From contig CAIIXF020000001.1 in the NCBI GenBank assembly GCA_903813345.2, positions 1,426,001-1,490,000 on the forward strand: a stretch of 64,000 bases of DNA, read 5' to 3'. The position numbers and the translations under genes are program-made. The notes below the pieces were generated by a model that was not told the origin of the DNA, searched no databases, and saw only the letters and a program-made list of their open reading frames with translations. Source of the stretch: Owenia fusiformis. Its lineage: Eukaryota. Positions 24,540-37,355 of this stretch are shown here, one piece after another. Each line of letters begins with the position of its first letter. Position 1 is the first letter of the stretch.

Positions 24540-25852
24540 GATTATTGATGAACATAAAGAACTCTCAGTTGGTAGTGATCACAATGTCATTACTATAAAT
24601 AGTAAGTTTGTCCCTGTTTACAAACCTGACTCAGAGGCCCCTTCTTCAAATGATAATATTGCCTATACCAAATGGAATTTTAATGACCAAACTGACTGGG
24701 GGATGTTTAAGTCAGAATTGAGTTCTGAATATAAAAATTGGTCAATTGATGGGTTAAATGTTGAAGAGATTTGGAACTGTTTTAAGGTTAAATTAATAAA
24801 TATTGGTAACAAAGCAATTGGTATGAAGAAAGTTTCTAAAAATAGCAGAGATTTTTGGGATTCTGAATTGAAGCAATTGATTAAAAATAGGAAAGAGGCC
24901 AGCCGTTTTCATAGAATTTGGCAAAAGTCAAAATCAGCGGACCCAACTGTTATTAAGGAACTTTGGGAGATTTATCAAGATCTTAAACATCAAGTTGCAA
25001 CAAAAATTAAAGAAAACCATATAAAGAATCACATTAGAATAATTACCAACAACGCCCGTAATAAGTCGAAATCTTCAAAAAGTTATTGGAAAGCGCTGAA
25101 GAAATTCAATACAAAGAGCAATTTCCCCATTAGAATGAAAGACCCAAATGACCCCAACCATATTATATGTGACCCAAAAGAAGTTAACGAAACACTTAAA
25201 GAATATTGGAAAAATGTTGGTTCTAAAAGTAAAAACCCCGAAACCCTCCCAAATCAAGCTTCAGACACCCTCAATAATATTAAGCTTGATAACATTGTAA
25301 GTGATAGAGCACTCAGTCATATTACTTTTGATCTAGCAAGTTTATCAAAACATATATCTGGTCTTTCAAATGGAAAGGCAGTCGGTATAGATCAAATTCC
25401 CAATGAATTCTTGAAAAATGGTAAAGAAGTTCTCTCGCAGCCTATTTTAGATCTTTTTAATGCTATCAGAATGTTTGAAAAAATTCCATTTGATTGGCAA
25501 CAAGGTATTGTCAAACCCCTCCATAAGGAAGGTGATCCAGAAGTTTTCAGTAATTATCGTGGAATAACGATTACATCCAATATGTATAAATTATTCTCGA
25601 GTCTGTTGGAAAACCAGATAATGGACTTTCTTCGTGAAAACAATCTTTTAGGTGACCTTCAAGGCGCATTTCAAAAAGGCAAAAGATTAGAAAATCATAT
25701 ATTTTCCCTTAAAGGACTATGTAGCCTTCGTAAAGATAAGAAACTCAAATCCTATTTAGCTTTTATTGACATTTCTAAGGCATTTGACGTTTGAGATCGT
25801 GATTTGCTATTTCTAAAACTTTGGGAAAATGGAATCCAAGGTAAAACTTGGT
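24540..25852 (+). mobile_element. Non-LTR retrotransposon ORF2 fragment (RTE-X-like): end of endonuclease, tether, start of RT
   Basis: 422-aa ORF: GSDH, KAVGIDQIPNEFLK, YRGITI, QGAFQKGK, YLAFIDISKAFD; truncated at both ends. Confidence 0.88.
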
Positions 25853-27408
25853 AAAACACAAGCAATTGATCGAATATTATCCATCACTTTTTAAGGAAAA
25901 ATAAATCCATTGCGAAAAAATCAGTTTTCTATTCAAATGCCCGTTTATCTCGGAGATTATATTAAGTTTAGATTGTTGCTGTTTCGGTGTATTTAGTATA
26001 CGCTCTATTTTCACGAATATCAAACTTTAGTCATTCTGATACTCATAGCATCTCTGTTGCATCGCAGATCCTCCAGAAGGATAGAGATGGAGAGGGCGTG
26101 GCTTACCACGATAAACTTTAGTGGATCGTGTTAATGTCATTCATTATAAATGTTTAGCAAATAAATGGATTAAGGGAGGGAATTAGGTAATGTCTCTGGT
26201 ACTTAATACAAGTGTAAGCTAAAAAGGTACACACATTACACATTACGTGCAGTGGAAAGTTCTGTCAAATAAAAAAGAAAAATGCAGTCATCTTTTGCTG
26301 AGGAAAGCAAAGGCATAAGAAGGATTGTATCAAATAAGTCTAGATTTATTATTTCGAATGAGTATTTAATTGTCACAGTTAAAAAATATAAAAGATCACG
26401 TGGTGTACCCATATGCATTGCTTCCTGATAATCACTTTTTATTTTCTAAAAATAACGGATCCACTGATAATCGTCAACGGATTATCGAGATTTTTAAACT
26501 CCAAAGACCTAATTTCAGATGGCCTGCGGTTGAATCTAATCTACTAATTAAATATAAAGCTCATTGGTTCCCCTTGGTTTACATTTAAAAAAATGGGAAA
26601 ATTTGTGGCATTGGAAATGAAGTCAAGATACATTTCCATCAATATTATTATCCTCGCAGGTTATGTAAATAAAAATTCAAAATAAAGAGGAGGGAGCTAA
26701 GGTTGCCAAACTTATTTTCAATTCAAAGAAAGGACGAATAGGTTTTTCAGGAGTAGTTGTTCTTTGTTGCAAGGCATTAAAATTTAAAAGAAATGTTTAA
26801 TGTTACAGAGCACAGTTGATCAATTGTTATTTTAATTTGGTCTTTTTGGAATTTCAGACTGTTTCATTCCATTCAATTTACTATTTTTCATCTGTCAATG
26901 TGCGCCATGATTAAATAAGTATTATTAATTCTCAAAAATATTTGCTATTGAATATACTAGTATTCAGTAAGTTACTGTAAGTTCATGAGGTTATTAGGAA
27001 CTCCTCTATTACAAAATGAAATAAACATCTTTTGATTTGGAATCTTTTCAAAAATCAGCTAAAAGTGTGGGAATCGCATGTTTCAGAATTTGACATATCT
27101 GTAATTGAACTCTAACTAAAGAATGAATTGTATGTATGACAAATACAGAAAATGCTTTTCAGTGAAAACAAATAAGTGTTAAAAATAGGCATTTTTCATG
27201 TAATTGAACATAGCTGAAACAAAACGTATTTTTGCTCAACATTTTATGTATTCTAAAATAGAATGCCTTTATCTGAAGTACGTCAGCATACTTTTTGATC
27301 GTTTCGATTGTAAGTAGCGTTGATATCTGGCTCCAAAATTGTGAATTTCGATGAAATTGTCAATGTAACAGGACAACACGCTTTTGAAAACATGTCATAT
27401 CTCAATTA

Positions 27409-27838
27409 CCCAAATGCGAGTAGGTAGTTACCAGTTTCACCACCAGGTGGCTGATTCGGGTCAATTAACATGGCAGGTATATAAGAAAGTTCCCTTAAAC
27501 TTCAATATTATCAATTTAAGTGGCTCAATTTTCATGTAACCCTTATGTGTCTGATTCTTATACTAATAAAAATATGTCCAGTAAAGCAAAATATTATCTG
27601 TCTACTAAAGGAAAATATATTTCATTTTTTGTGATTTTATAACATGGGGTCTATGGGGAATCTCCCCGAGCTAGAAGTCAGATTTTCAAAGAAAATTAAT
27701 TTTTCAAAGTTGATAAACACTTTTTAAAACCACATTTCTAGATGTGATTTTACATGTGGATTTCAAATATGATATTACTTTGACTGAATTTTGAAGTTTT
27801 AATGACATAAATCAAGATTATTTCTACTCGCATCTGGG
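27409..27838 (+). mobile_element. 430-bp MITE, CCC...GGG termini, TTA duplication
   Basis: CCCAAATGCGAGTAG...CTACTCGCATCTGGG; empty site visible in the paralogous sequence near 1085-1105. Confidence 0.75.
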
Positions 27839-30800
27839 TTATTGGTCGCATCTTTTAATTTTGGTTATGCTGGCATAGAGAACATTCATTCAGAGTGTGA
27901 TGAGAGCACCGGATTTGATCTCCACCTAATACCGAATATATAGACTCAATAAAGTAAATGTAAAATTTATTCTGTGAAAATCGACATGGTCGTTAAAACA
28001 CACCCACGGGGCATTAGGGGAATCCGAGAAAAATAGGTTATATGTGGTTAGCAAGTCCTTAATTCAGTTTATCAGACCATCGTATTCCAAATCGTGATAA
28101 TAAATGTGATTGAATTATAATGAGCATTATCTGATAATTTCTGAAAATTCACCATTTTTCTTGTGAAAAACGACCAAGATATAATTCAAACATGGGCAGC
28201 ATTCTTATGTAAAGATGGACACTGTTCAAGAAAACATTATATCCACTCTATCTTAACGAAAAGATTTTACGAAATAACCAGCACGACCCCATCTATGAGC
28301 GAATATGGTGTGAAACTGTGACAATCGACATGCGTGAAAATACCATTGAACTCAAAGCAGTAAATTAGTCATTTGTATAAATCACAGATGGATTAATTTG
28401 ATTTTATATGATTACCAATACTCTGATAACACATTTTTAACAGTTTTACGGTAATTTACGCATAACGATCAATTGATAGACATTGAAAAGATGACAGCTA
28501 AATAGTTTTCTCTTTGTTTAGTGTACCTTTTCCATTTTATACGTCTTTACAAAAATACGTTACATGCAAGCAGATGTGAAGTTATTTGGAACTTCCATAA
28601 GCATAATTTACCGAAAAAATTTACTACAAAAATCACTATGAAGACCATTATAGCCCAAACAGTGTCAACCTCTGTAAATAGCGTTTCGTTCAGTGCATTC
28701 CCGGGGATTGCTGACTGCAATCATAAAGTCTATTAACGTTTGGAATCAGTTTCCCTTTCAATGAATGCATCATTCTCAATGATGAACAGCATAAACAGGC
28801 ATCTCTAATTTGTATCATGAAAGATTTTATAGCTTTTCAACGATGTTTATTTGCTTATTACTTTTTAATTACGATCTTGGATCTACTACTCGATACATTA
28901 TTACGATCTAATGTACAATATTCAGTATCCCTTCGTGAAACGTAATTCTTTGCAAAACATACAAAGAAAAACAAAAAGTAAGCAATGCTCGAGAATAAAA
29001 AATCAAAAAATCAAGACATGTGGTGCATAAAATTACGTTCCTCATTGAAAAATATCGCCAATTGAACTAGCATTATAGAAACATAAAGCACAAGATGCGC
29101 ATGCAACGATAGAGGCAACAAAAGCAAGATGATTTTCCCCTCTTCGAAAAATAAAACCAGGGGTAGATCACTAAAAATATATAGACTTCAAGAGTTTCAA
29201 AGAAAAACAAAACATCAGAAGAAACAAGTTTGATAGCGAAAGTTATGAGATGCGAAATCAGAAATTCGAAAAAGGATCGAGTCTGACACGAAAGAAATTT
29301 GTTTCTCTAAACCGGAAATTTTAGCGACTAAAACAAAAATCTCAGAATAAACCAAAGCATAGTAATAAAAACACTTCCAGTTGGGTTCTTGGAGAGGGAG
29401 GGGGGGGGGTCATCGGCGAAGCGCTCCGCAGATAATGGTGTCAAGAGAAACGTCTCTACACCAGTGCAGATGATTTTTATGATTGAACTATAAGTCATCC
29501 TTAATGGACTAGACTCGACATCAATATCATGTTTCAATTGATAACGTAGACTCGACTAGAATAAGGACCGGCTTCTTGATTTGGAATATGTTAAAGGGAC
29601 ATTTCAGATCATATCTCGATAGATGATGTTTGTACTCCAATATGACGTAAATGGTTGTCCTGTTGTGATACATGCAGGAAAAACGTCACTACGTCAACCT
29701 GCAACTGGTTTAAGCATGCATTAAAAGCTAAACCCAAAGGAAAAATTACTCAAATTGTAAAAACAAGTCAAAGAACCAAACCTGGTATGTGAGATAAAAA
29801 AAGAAAACATATGCCAAGGGTGTCAAAAAATTATTTTGACGACATGGCATATGTCATCCCATTGTCATTCAATCTAAAAATGTAGATCTTGGTTTCATGA
29901 ATCAGTGCGATGTTTTGGTAAAGTTGGTGTGAAAAGAATGTAGAAAAGGTGTGTTCAGTGCATATAAACTTTGCGGACGTACATGTAATACGTACATGTA
30001 CTTAGTTTATTCTCTTTGACGATATTTTAGAACAAAATATGAAACACGACAGGGTTTTGACGGAAAATTTTACATAAACGTGGTCATATTTGGATACAAA
30101 TACACACTGGTAGTTTCTCAGTTCAGCTTGTTATATCCTACATATCAAAAATGTCGATTCATGAAGTTAGCGGTCCCTAAAGTGAACTTTCTAACTCATT
30201 GTCATTTGTTTCTAATTGTCTTGTGAAAATCGACATGCGGATGAATAGTGAAATAGCCTAATGATCAATTCTTCCCAAATAAAACTGTTATCATTTTCTT
30301 ATCGTCTTAAGCATCATTTTTCATGATCGCATCAATTCATGTTTCATTAGAGTCGACTCTTTCAATTTTATTCAAATGAAAAACAAAGGGGAAGTTAAAA
30401 ATTGAGAAAGACATAGATTTTATTGGTTCATGTTGACAAAGTGTTGCACATGAAAAAGAAAAAACTTGCAGTCCAAATCCATTTGCGATTTTAAAGGACA
30501 ACTAAGTACCATGAGGAACGTTCTTGGTTTTTTGAAAATGATGCATTCTAATTTGAATAGCTCGACACATTAATCAGGGGGTCAAGGTGTGGAAATTGAC
30601 ATGTTTGAGACGGACCCTAATTTCAATTTGAAAATTCGCCTATTTTTCCTTGGAGTTTACTTTAATGCCTTGGGTAACGAATGTACAAATGTATGAAGAT
30701 ATATACTATATATCTATTTGACAAAAACATTTTAGGATTTTTTTCACTTTTTAACAAAATTAATTTTACACTTAAGCGGTTTTGAGTGTTTTATGTGAGG

Positions 30801-30990
30801 TACACCGATGAAGGGGGAGGGTTGTGGATAACATAAAAAATCGAACCCCTGGTCACCAATTTCTGGCTACGCCACTGTTGTAGCATTTAAGTAAATAATT
30901 AGCAGCACAGTAGACAGAAACATCCATACGTATAGCTAAATTAATCTACAATATAAAATAATAGCACGTACTTTTAAAACATTTTAAATT

Positions 30991-30996
30991 TTTATT
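30991..30996 (-). promoter_or_regulatory. Candidate polyadenylation signal of the P450 gene
   Basis: AATAAA on the minus strand about 590 nt downstream of the stop codon. Confidence 0.4.
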
Positions 30997-31582
30997 TAAC
31001 ATAAACGGCAAAATACATACTCGTTAGATTACAGTTTGACTATACATAATCAAACAAGTGGAAGGAACAGTTGCCTATTTTACAACATTTGCAATCAATC
31101 AATCGGAATTAAAAATACATAATATTACAGCGTGTACAATACATAATCTAGTGGATAAGCAGTTATACCTGCCTTACATTTTCAAAAACTCAGAATTTAA
31201 TATACAGTCAACTAAAATGTTCTTATCCTGTTTACCAGTGATTATACAATTTTTAAGTCGCATTATTCTCTTGGATGCAGTCCTGGATAGTTAAATGTTG
31301 CCAAACAACATTCTATTACTCTCAATACATGGGAAATGCATATCCCATAAATGTTGAACCACTTTGCATTCATAGAAATAATGCATCTGTTTGTTTATAA
31401 AAGTTCTGTCAGACGAACTAAAAATGCTAAGACCAGCCATATCTTTAAACCCTTGAAAGATACCCTTTGCATTCGTTCGACTTCGTTTCTTAAAATAGAG
31501 CTTTGTCTCGGAAGTTTCTAACTGGACTGCGTATACCCTATACTATATACAGTGGTCGGAAATGTTCCATCTCTTCCTAGCT

Positions 31583-31793
31583 TCAACGAACTTTCGCTAT
31601 TATTTTAAACTTTGGTGCCATTAAAGCCATCGGTGTATTTACGAAGGACTTCATGTCAAATGGGATGACCCTTTCTGGGTCGTCGGGGAGGAATACAAAT
31701 TTGTGTAAGAGCTGGGTGAGTGTCAAGAAAATCCTGACTTTTGCCAATACTTCCCCCATGCAAACGCGACGTCCTGCTCCAAACGCAAGTACT
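31583..31793 (-). CDS. Cytochrome P450 exon 6 (heme-binding, terminal)
   Basis: FGAGRRVCMGE heme signature, stop TGA at 31583-31585; the six exons sum to 1491 nt = 496 aa plus stop with consistent phases. Confidence 0.96.
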
Positions 31794-32169
31794 CTAAAAA
31801 ACAATTTCAGTTTAACTCATTTGGTTTAAGTCAAGTATTTTAAGGCGTGTACTGTAAGTGACTGGGGAGGTCCAGACGGGGGGCTCCATGGGGCGTTTCC
31901 ATCGACATAAAGAAACGTTAGTTTCATAGAACATGTTTTATTACTGTAAGATAAAGAGATTCTTAAACTAGTATCGAATGGTTTCTAAAGATCATGAAAG
32001 GACTTATTTAGATCTCGTAATAACTCTCGTAATCGTGGCCTATTCCATGACATTTGCACATCAATATGTCTTTCAATTGATTAATTCTAAACAAACTGAG
32101 TATATATATTTTCGAATATGTACATTACAAATGAAATCAATTGTTGAAATGTTTTAAAATTATATTTAC

Positions 32170-32294
32170 TTTTTTCTTTCTTCTTTTGAAACGAGATTGC
32201 CTTCTGAATCGAGGAATCTTCCTGGATTAAACACATTTGGGTCAAGTATAAAGTAACGGCTGTCGTGGTGCATGCCATACAAGTTCATCCAAAC
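32170..32294 (-). CDS. Cytochrome P450 exon 5
   Basis: tttag acceptor, GTAAAT donor; 125 nt, VWMNLYGMHHD...DPNVFNPGRFLD (PERF-type motif). Confidence 0.93.
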
Positions 32295-32641
32295 CTAAAA
32301 TATTTGAGTCGTGATTATGTCATGAAGCTTGCATGGTAAATTTATCTAGCATGAAACACGTATTTCATTATATTCGAGCTTGCAATTCAAGGTATGTAAA
32401 ATCGCGTAAGGGGGACTCAAGGCGTACATCACTACAGATCCGGCCCAATTAAATATATTTGAAAACGAATAAACAGACAGTGATATTATAAAACAAATAT
32501 TTCATTCTACTTTCGGTAAATACCCGTGTCAAGTTCACAACTTCGGGCTCCGTGGAATATCACTTGTGAAATATGCACAGGTATCGACCTTAATAGAAAT
32601 ATCTAAGTGTCATATTGTTTTAATAAAAGTAAACAGATTAC

Positions 32642-32907
32642 TTGTGTTCCCTTTGGAAGATGACATCCAGATATTTTTGTGTCACGTGTAGTTTTATGAG
32701 GAATACCAAGAGGAACCATGGACATGTAACGTAGTGTTTCTAGAATTGCTGCTTCCATATATGGCATCTTCTCACGATCAGATAACGCAGGCTGCATATC
32801 GCGTCCTATTACCCGATCAATCTCTTTATGGAGTTTGTCTTGCACATCTGGGTAATTGATCAAGGCTATGAGGAAACCAGATATAGTCGTGAATGTTGTG
32901 AAGATTC
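32642..32907 (-). CDS. Cytochrome P450 exon 4
   Basis: ttcag acceptor, GTAATC donor; 266 nt; I-helix (G)IFTT, YPDVQ.K...EID, K-helix ETLR, PLGIPH, LPKGT. Confidence 0.95.
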
Positions 32908-32979
32908 CTGAATTAAAAGGGCATTGTGTGTATCACAAGAAACAAATAACATGGAAACATGTTCACAATCGAATATTAT

Positions 32980-33536
32980 ACATAGAGATTATCCTATATG
33001 AGGTTCAGGATATTGGGATTATCCCGAGGCTAATATAATATATTTGCCCGAGGGCCGCAGGTCCCGAGGGAAAATATATTATATTGGCCAAGGGATAATC
33101 CCAATATCCTGAACCGACTATAGGATAATATGTTTATCCCATACCAATCTTGGTCATCTGGTTCACATTGTTCAATCGTGGAAATATTTTAGAATATTCA
33201 TGTCCAGTTTTGTTTTCTTGGCCGTGAGCGGATTTTCCTGTTCTCTCAAATATTCCCACATTTATTTTCTCGAATTTTTGATTGATTAAGTGGATGCTCT
33301 TTCCCTTTTTAAACCATCAAACAGATCCCGATTGTCTGTGTTTTCTCCATTGGAGTTTACAGTCATTACGCGAACGTTACAAATTATGAACAAATATGCG
33401 ATTATGACGTAGCGGGCAGATATACTATATCTGCCCGCTCGGAGTGGGACGTAAAGCTATATCTGCCCGCTGATGAATATATAAGTTTTTACAAACCAGC
33501 TTTGTGTACCCGTAACACGTCCAAGTATGGGATAAA
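32980..33536. mobile_element. Hairpin-headed element in P450 intron 3
   Basis: ~140-bp palindrome 32989-33128 centred on GGGCCGCAGGTCCC; inverted pair TTTATCCCATAC and GTATGGGATAAA. Confidence 0.7.
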
Positions 33537-34135
33537 AAGCTTTATTCAATGTGTATAATCAAAGAAGAAAAAGTCACGTAGAAAACAGCATTTGAATTTC
33601 AGAGATCGTTCGCAGCAAGTAAACACTTCAGCAAGATGTTTTTAAATTACTTTTGATAAAGAGATGCATTTGGCATATGCGGTTGACACATACAGACCAA
33701 AAATGAATGACATGTGGGATATGAATATCTTTGTAACATATCTTGTACATCAATCGTCTTTTCATGGTTCTGTTTCTAGTGCTTATTGTTATTATAAAAC
33801 GTCTTAGCATGTTCCAGATTTGGTACAAAAGATGCATTCTGTTCTCTCTGTTTCATGTGATTGCTTGAGATGAGAATAATGATAGATTCTATTGCCTGAA
33901 TCAATGACAATACAAGTCGGATAGGGAGATGATTGCGATTGATGATAATTTGTACCAGTTCAAAAAAGTCATGTTTGGTAATATTTGTAACGAAATTTTC
34001 GTTATAGACAAGGACACTAAATGTATCGGAACATAAAGTTAAAGTTAAACTGAGTAATAGAGATATATAAGGTTAAATTGTATTACAAACATTCATTTGA
34101 CTTTCATATAATACAATTAACAAATCAACCTGTAC

Positions 34136-34247
34136 CTGCGTTAAAACTATCTCCTAAAATTCCATAGATAGCTTCATTTGAAATTCTGCCCTCATCCTCA
34201 GCTCTCAGTAACTCCCCAAGAATACATCTCTCATATCTTTCTGATTC
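34136..34247 (-). CDS. Cytochrome P450 exon 3
   Basis: 112 nt, phase 0 to 1, ESERYERCILGELL...YGILGDSFNA(G); joins exons 2 and 4 in frame and supplies the start of the I-helix; preceded by an ~8.9-kb intron. Confidence 0.82.
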
Positions 34248-34370
34248 CTATCAAGGATAAGAATACGTTAATATGTTATGTAAGAGATCTCGCCAAGTGT
34301 CTCAAGTGTTTGTATCTTTGGCTTGTCTTGTGTTAGTGCAAATACCCCACTATCTTTGATATTAATATCA

Positions 34371-34505
34371 TCCCGCGCGCTCAGAATCAAGTTAGAAACT
34401 ACCACCCTGCGCACGGAGTCAAGTTAGAAACTGCCACTCTGCGCGCTCAGAATCTAGTTAGAAACTGCAATCCTGCGTGCTCAGAGTCTAGTTAGAAACT
34501 ACCGC
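34371..34505. repeat. Four tandem copies of a ~33-bp unit
   Basis: Unit approximately CTGCGCGCTCAGAATCAAGTTAGAAACTACCA. Confidence 0.8.
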
Positions 34506-36162
34506 TCTTCATAATATCACTAGTTTAAAATCAATATCTGATTTTTGAATGAAATAAAACCAGACTATATAATTAGCCTTCAAAACATAACTTGTGACTC
34601 CATTGTCCATAAAGTTAAAAACACAGAAAAACACAGATCTTTAGATTAATGACGAAATATGAATGACTAACAACATTACGTGCAGATTTTACGATATAAA
34701 ATAGCGGGATTTAGAAATAGACTGTGGACTATTCTGTAGAAGTGCTCTAGAAATGCATCCTTCCTTTCATGGACGTCACACATTCCAACATATTTCAAAC
34801 AACAATCTGTATGACAATGCTGGACACTTTCTGGGTAGTTGGACTTCATGTAGGGGTGGCAGAAGACCCTCGGGCCAATTTATACCCCTACCCCAACAAA
34901 ACCTTGGGGGTACTTTAATACCACCCAATAAAAAGAATACTAATGCATATCAGATAGTCATTGTTTTATAGTGGGTAGGGCATGCCATGGTTAGTCAGTG
35001 CCAGAAATTTCCAATCTCTGACTTATATGGTTACCATGGAAACAGTATTTATATCTCACAATCTTCTCAATTTGACCCCGTCCCAAATGTGTCCTTTAGT
35101 TCTCAAAGTGAAATATTTGCAAATCTGTTTGGATTTTGTGGCTGCTACTTTATCAAAAGTTGAATTAACATGTATGTATTCACAATAAAGCGCTAAAAAC
35201 TTGGTATAATGATCCCATAAATTAATAATATTTATCAAATGTAGTCACACACAACTGCTTTAAGGGAAAAGTGGGCGTGGCATTAAATGAAAAATACATA
35301 TTACACTAACAACAATTGACATTTAATTAGCATCTACTAACATTGTGTAACATTGTAATATGTTCATTATCGTTATTAGATACTTAAAATATTTTGTGTT
35401 ATTTTGTTATAAAGTGTTATCATGATACTTCCCTATCATAGGTCACTGGTCCAATTAACTTTTAGTCTTAGACTTTTAGAGGTCCTTAGTCTTTTTAGTT
35501 TGTCAAAGTCGTATTCATTGACTTTTACCTAGAATATGAATGGTTCCATTGATCAAGAGCTATGAATTAAAATTGATTAATACATTTGTCAGGGTTAGAG
35601 CCATTTTATGCAATTGAAAAGTAATGGACCGTTCCATCCTTTGAGTATGATGTTTTCTCATGCTGGTGTGATTTGCATACTTGTAACAGTTATGACTTGG
35701 ATTAAGTTATATGAACATTTACAAAACAACCCTTCACTAGTATCTCTCATAATACATCTAAATCATCTTCATATTCATGGCCTTAATCGAGAAGGAGGGA
35801 GAGGTTACAAACAGAGGGCAATGAAAATTTGTAACAGAGCAAGGACACTGATCAGTACCAAGCGAAGGTAAAGGCCGTAACCTTCGCATCTAAGATGGCG
35901 GACGGTAATTGTTGATTTAGATATTTTTAATTTTCATTGAATTAAACTACTTTAGAGTTGACGTTATACTTTGACATATGTACCAAATCAGGCTGAAATG
36001 ACATTGGAACTATGGAGTATGATAATTTTTTCATATATCGTGCATGAGCGCCACAGTTCAATGATATCTCACTCCGCGTTAAAAGGGAAGGTAATACTAA
36101 CTAGTAAAGGGGATGTAGTAAACATAAATAAATGATAGGTGAAATGTAATGCCCTGCCTTAA

Positions 36163-36526
36163 AGGGGCAATAAGGACTGTAGAGAAAATAGGAAAGTTTT
36201 TTCATTTTTTCTGAGCTATCAAGGCAACATTTGGTTTAACATCTTCTTTGACATACCTATTTTCTTAAAATGTATGGATAAATTATCAATTTCAGCATTA
36301 AGAAGTGTAAATTCAGTTGAAAGCTTCAAAAAGGGGACTTCCACTTTTATATTTTTAAGATCCACCATGTTTCAAGAGGAATATCAGCTAAAATAATGTT
36401 TATCTAGGGGGTTTCTTTGAAGATAATAAAAATAGATGTTAGTCTTGATGAAATATCCAAACTTAAATATATTTTGACACTGGTCCACGATCGTTGAATG
36501 GCCCCTCTGCACTAATTATTGCACCT
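36163..36526. mobile_element. Kolobok-like MITE nested in A3
   Basis: TTAA-AGGGGCAATAA...TTATTGCACCT-TTAA. Confidence 0.55.
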
Positions 36527-36696
36527 TTAATACATAACTAAGATTTTTTATTTTCTCGGACAAATTGTGTCTCACAATTGACTAACTGATTCTATTATCA
36601 ATACATCAACATCAGGTAATGCATGATCTATCCAATGGATTAAAGATAATACTTGATTCTAATATGGCAAAATAAATCATTCCATGTATGAATAGA

Positions 36697-37125
36697 CTAG
36701 ATGCGAGTAGAAATAATCTTGATTTACGTCATCAAAAATTCTAACCTCAGTCAAACTGATGTCATATTTGGAATCTACATGTAGAATTACATCTAGAAAT
36801 GTGGTTTTGAAAAGAGTTTATCAACTTTGAAAATTTAATTTTCTTGGAAAATGGGACTTCTAGGTCGGGGGGATTCCCCATAGAGCCCATGTTGTAAAAT
36901 CACAAAAAGTGAAATATCTTTTCTTGTGTTGGGCAGATAATATTTTCTTTTACTGGGCATATTTTAATTTGTATAACTATCAGAAACAAAAGGGTAATAT
37001 GAAAGGTGAACCACTAAAACTGATGAATATTCAAGTTTAAGGGAATTTTGTAATACCTTGCCATGTTATTTCCCCCGACTCAGCCTCCTGGTGGCGAAAC
37101 TGGTAACTACCTACTCGCATCTGAG
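36697..37125 (-). mobile_element. Second, inverted copy of the 27409-27838 MITE
   Basis: Reverse-complement similarity along its whole length. Confidence 0.75.
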
Positions 37126-37224
37126 TAATTGCATAGTGCATCATTTTGCAGATATTATATGATGCATTCATTGACTCATGGTTAACAAGGTACGGGTATA
37201 ACTCCTTTTAGTATTTCGCAAAAT

Positions 37225-37355
37225 GAGCCTGGCCATGTGAAAACAGGTCTTATCACAAAAATTAAAATTGTGCTACAGAGCCAAAAATGTGCTCAAGATT
37301 AAGATCAAAATATTGAAAACTATGTGATAAGACCCCTTTTCCTGTGGCCTGGCTC
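37225..37355. mobile_element. Sola2-like mini-MITE
   Basis: GAGCCTGGCCA...TGGCCTGGCTC with ~33-bp TIRs; 4-bp TSD AAAT. Confidence 0.7.
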
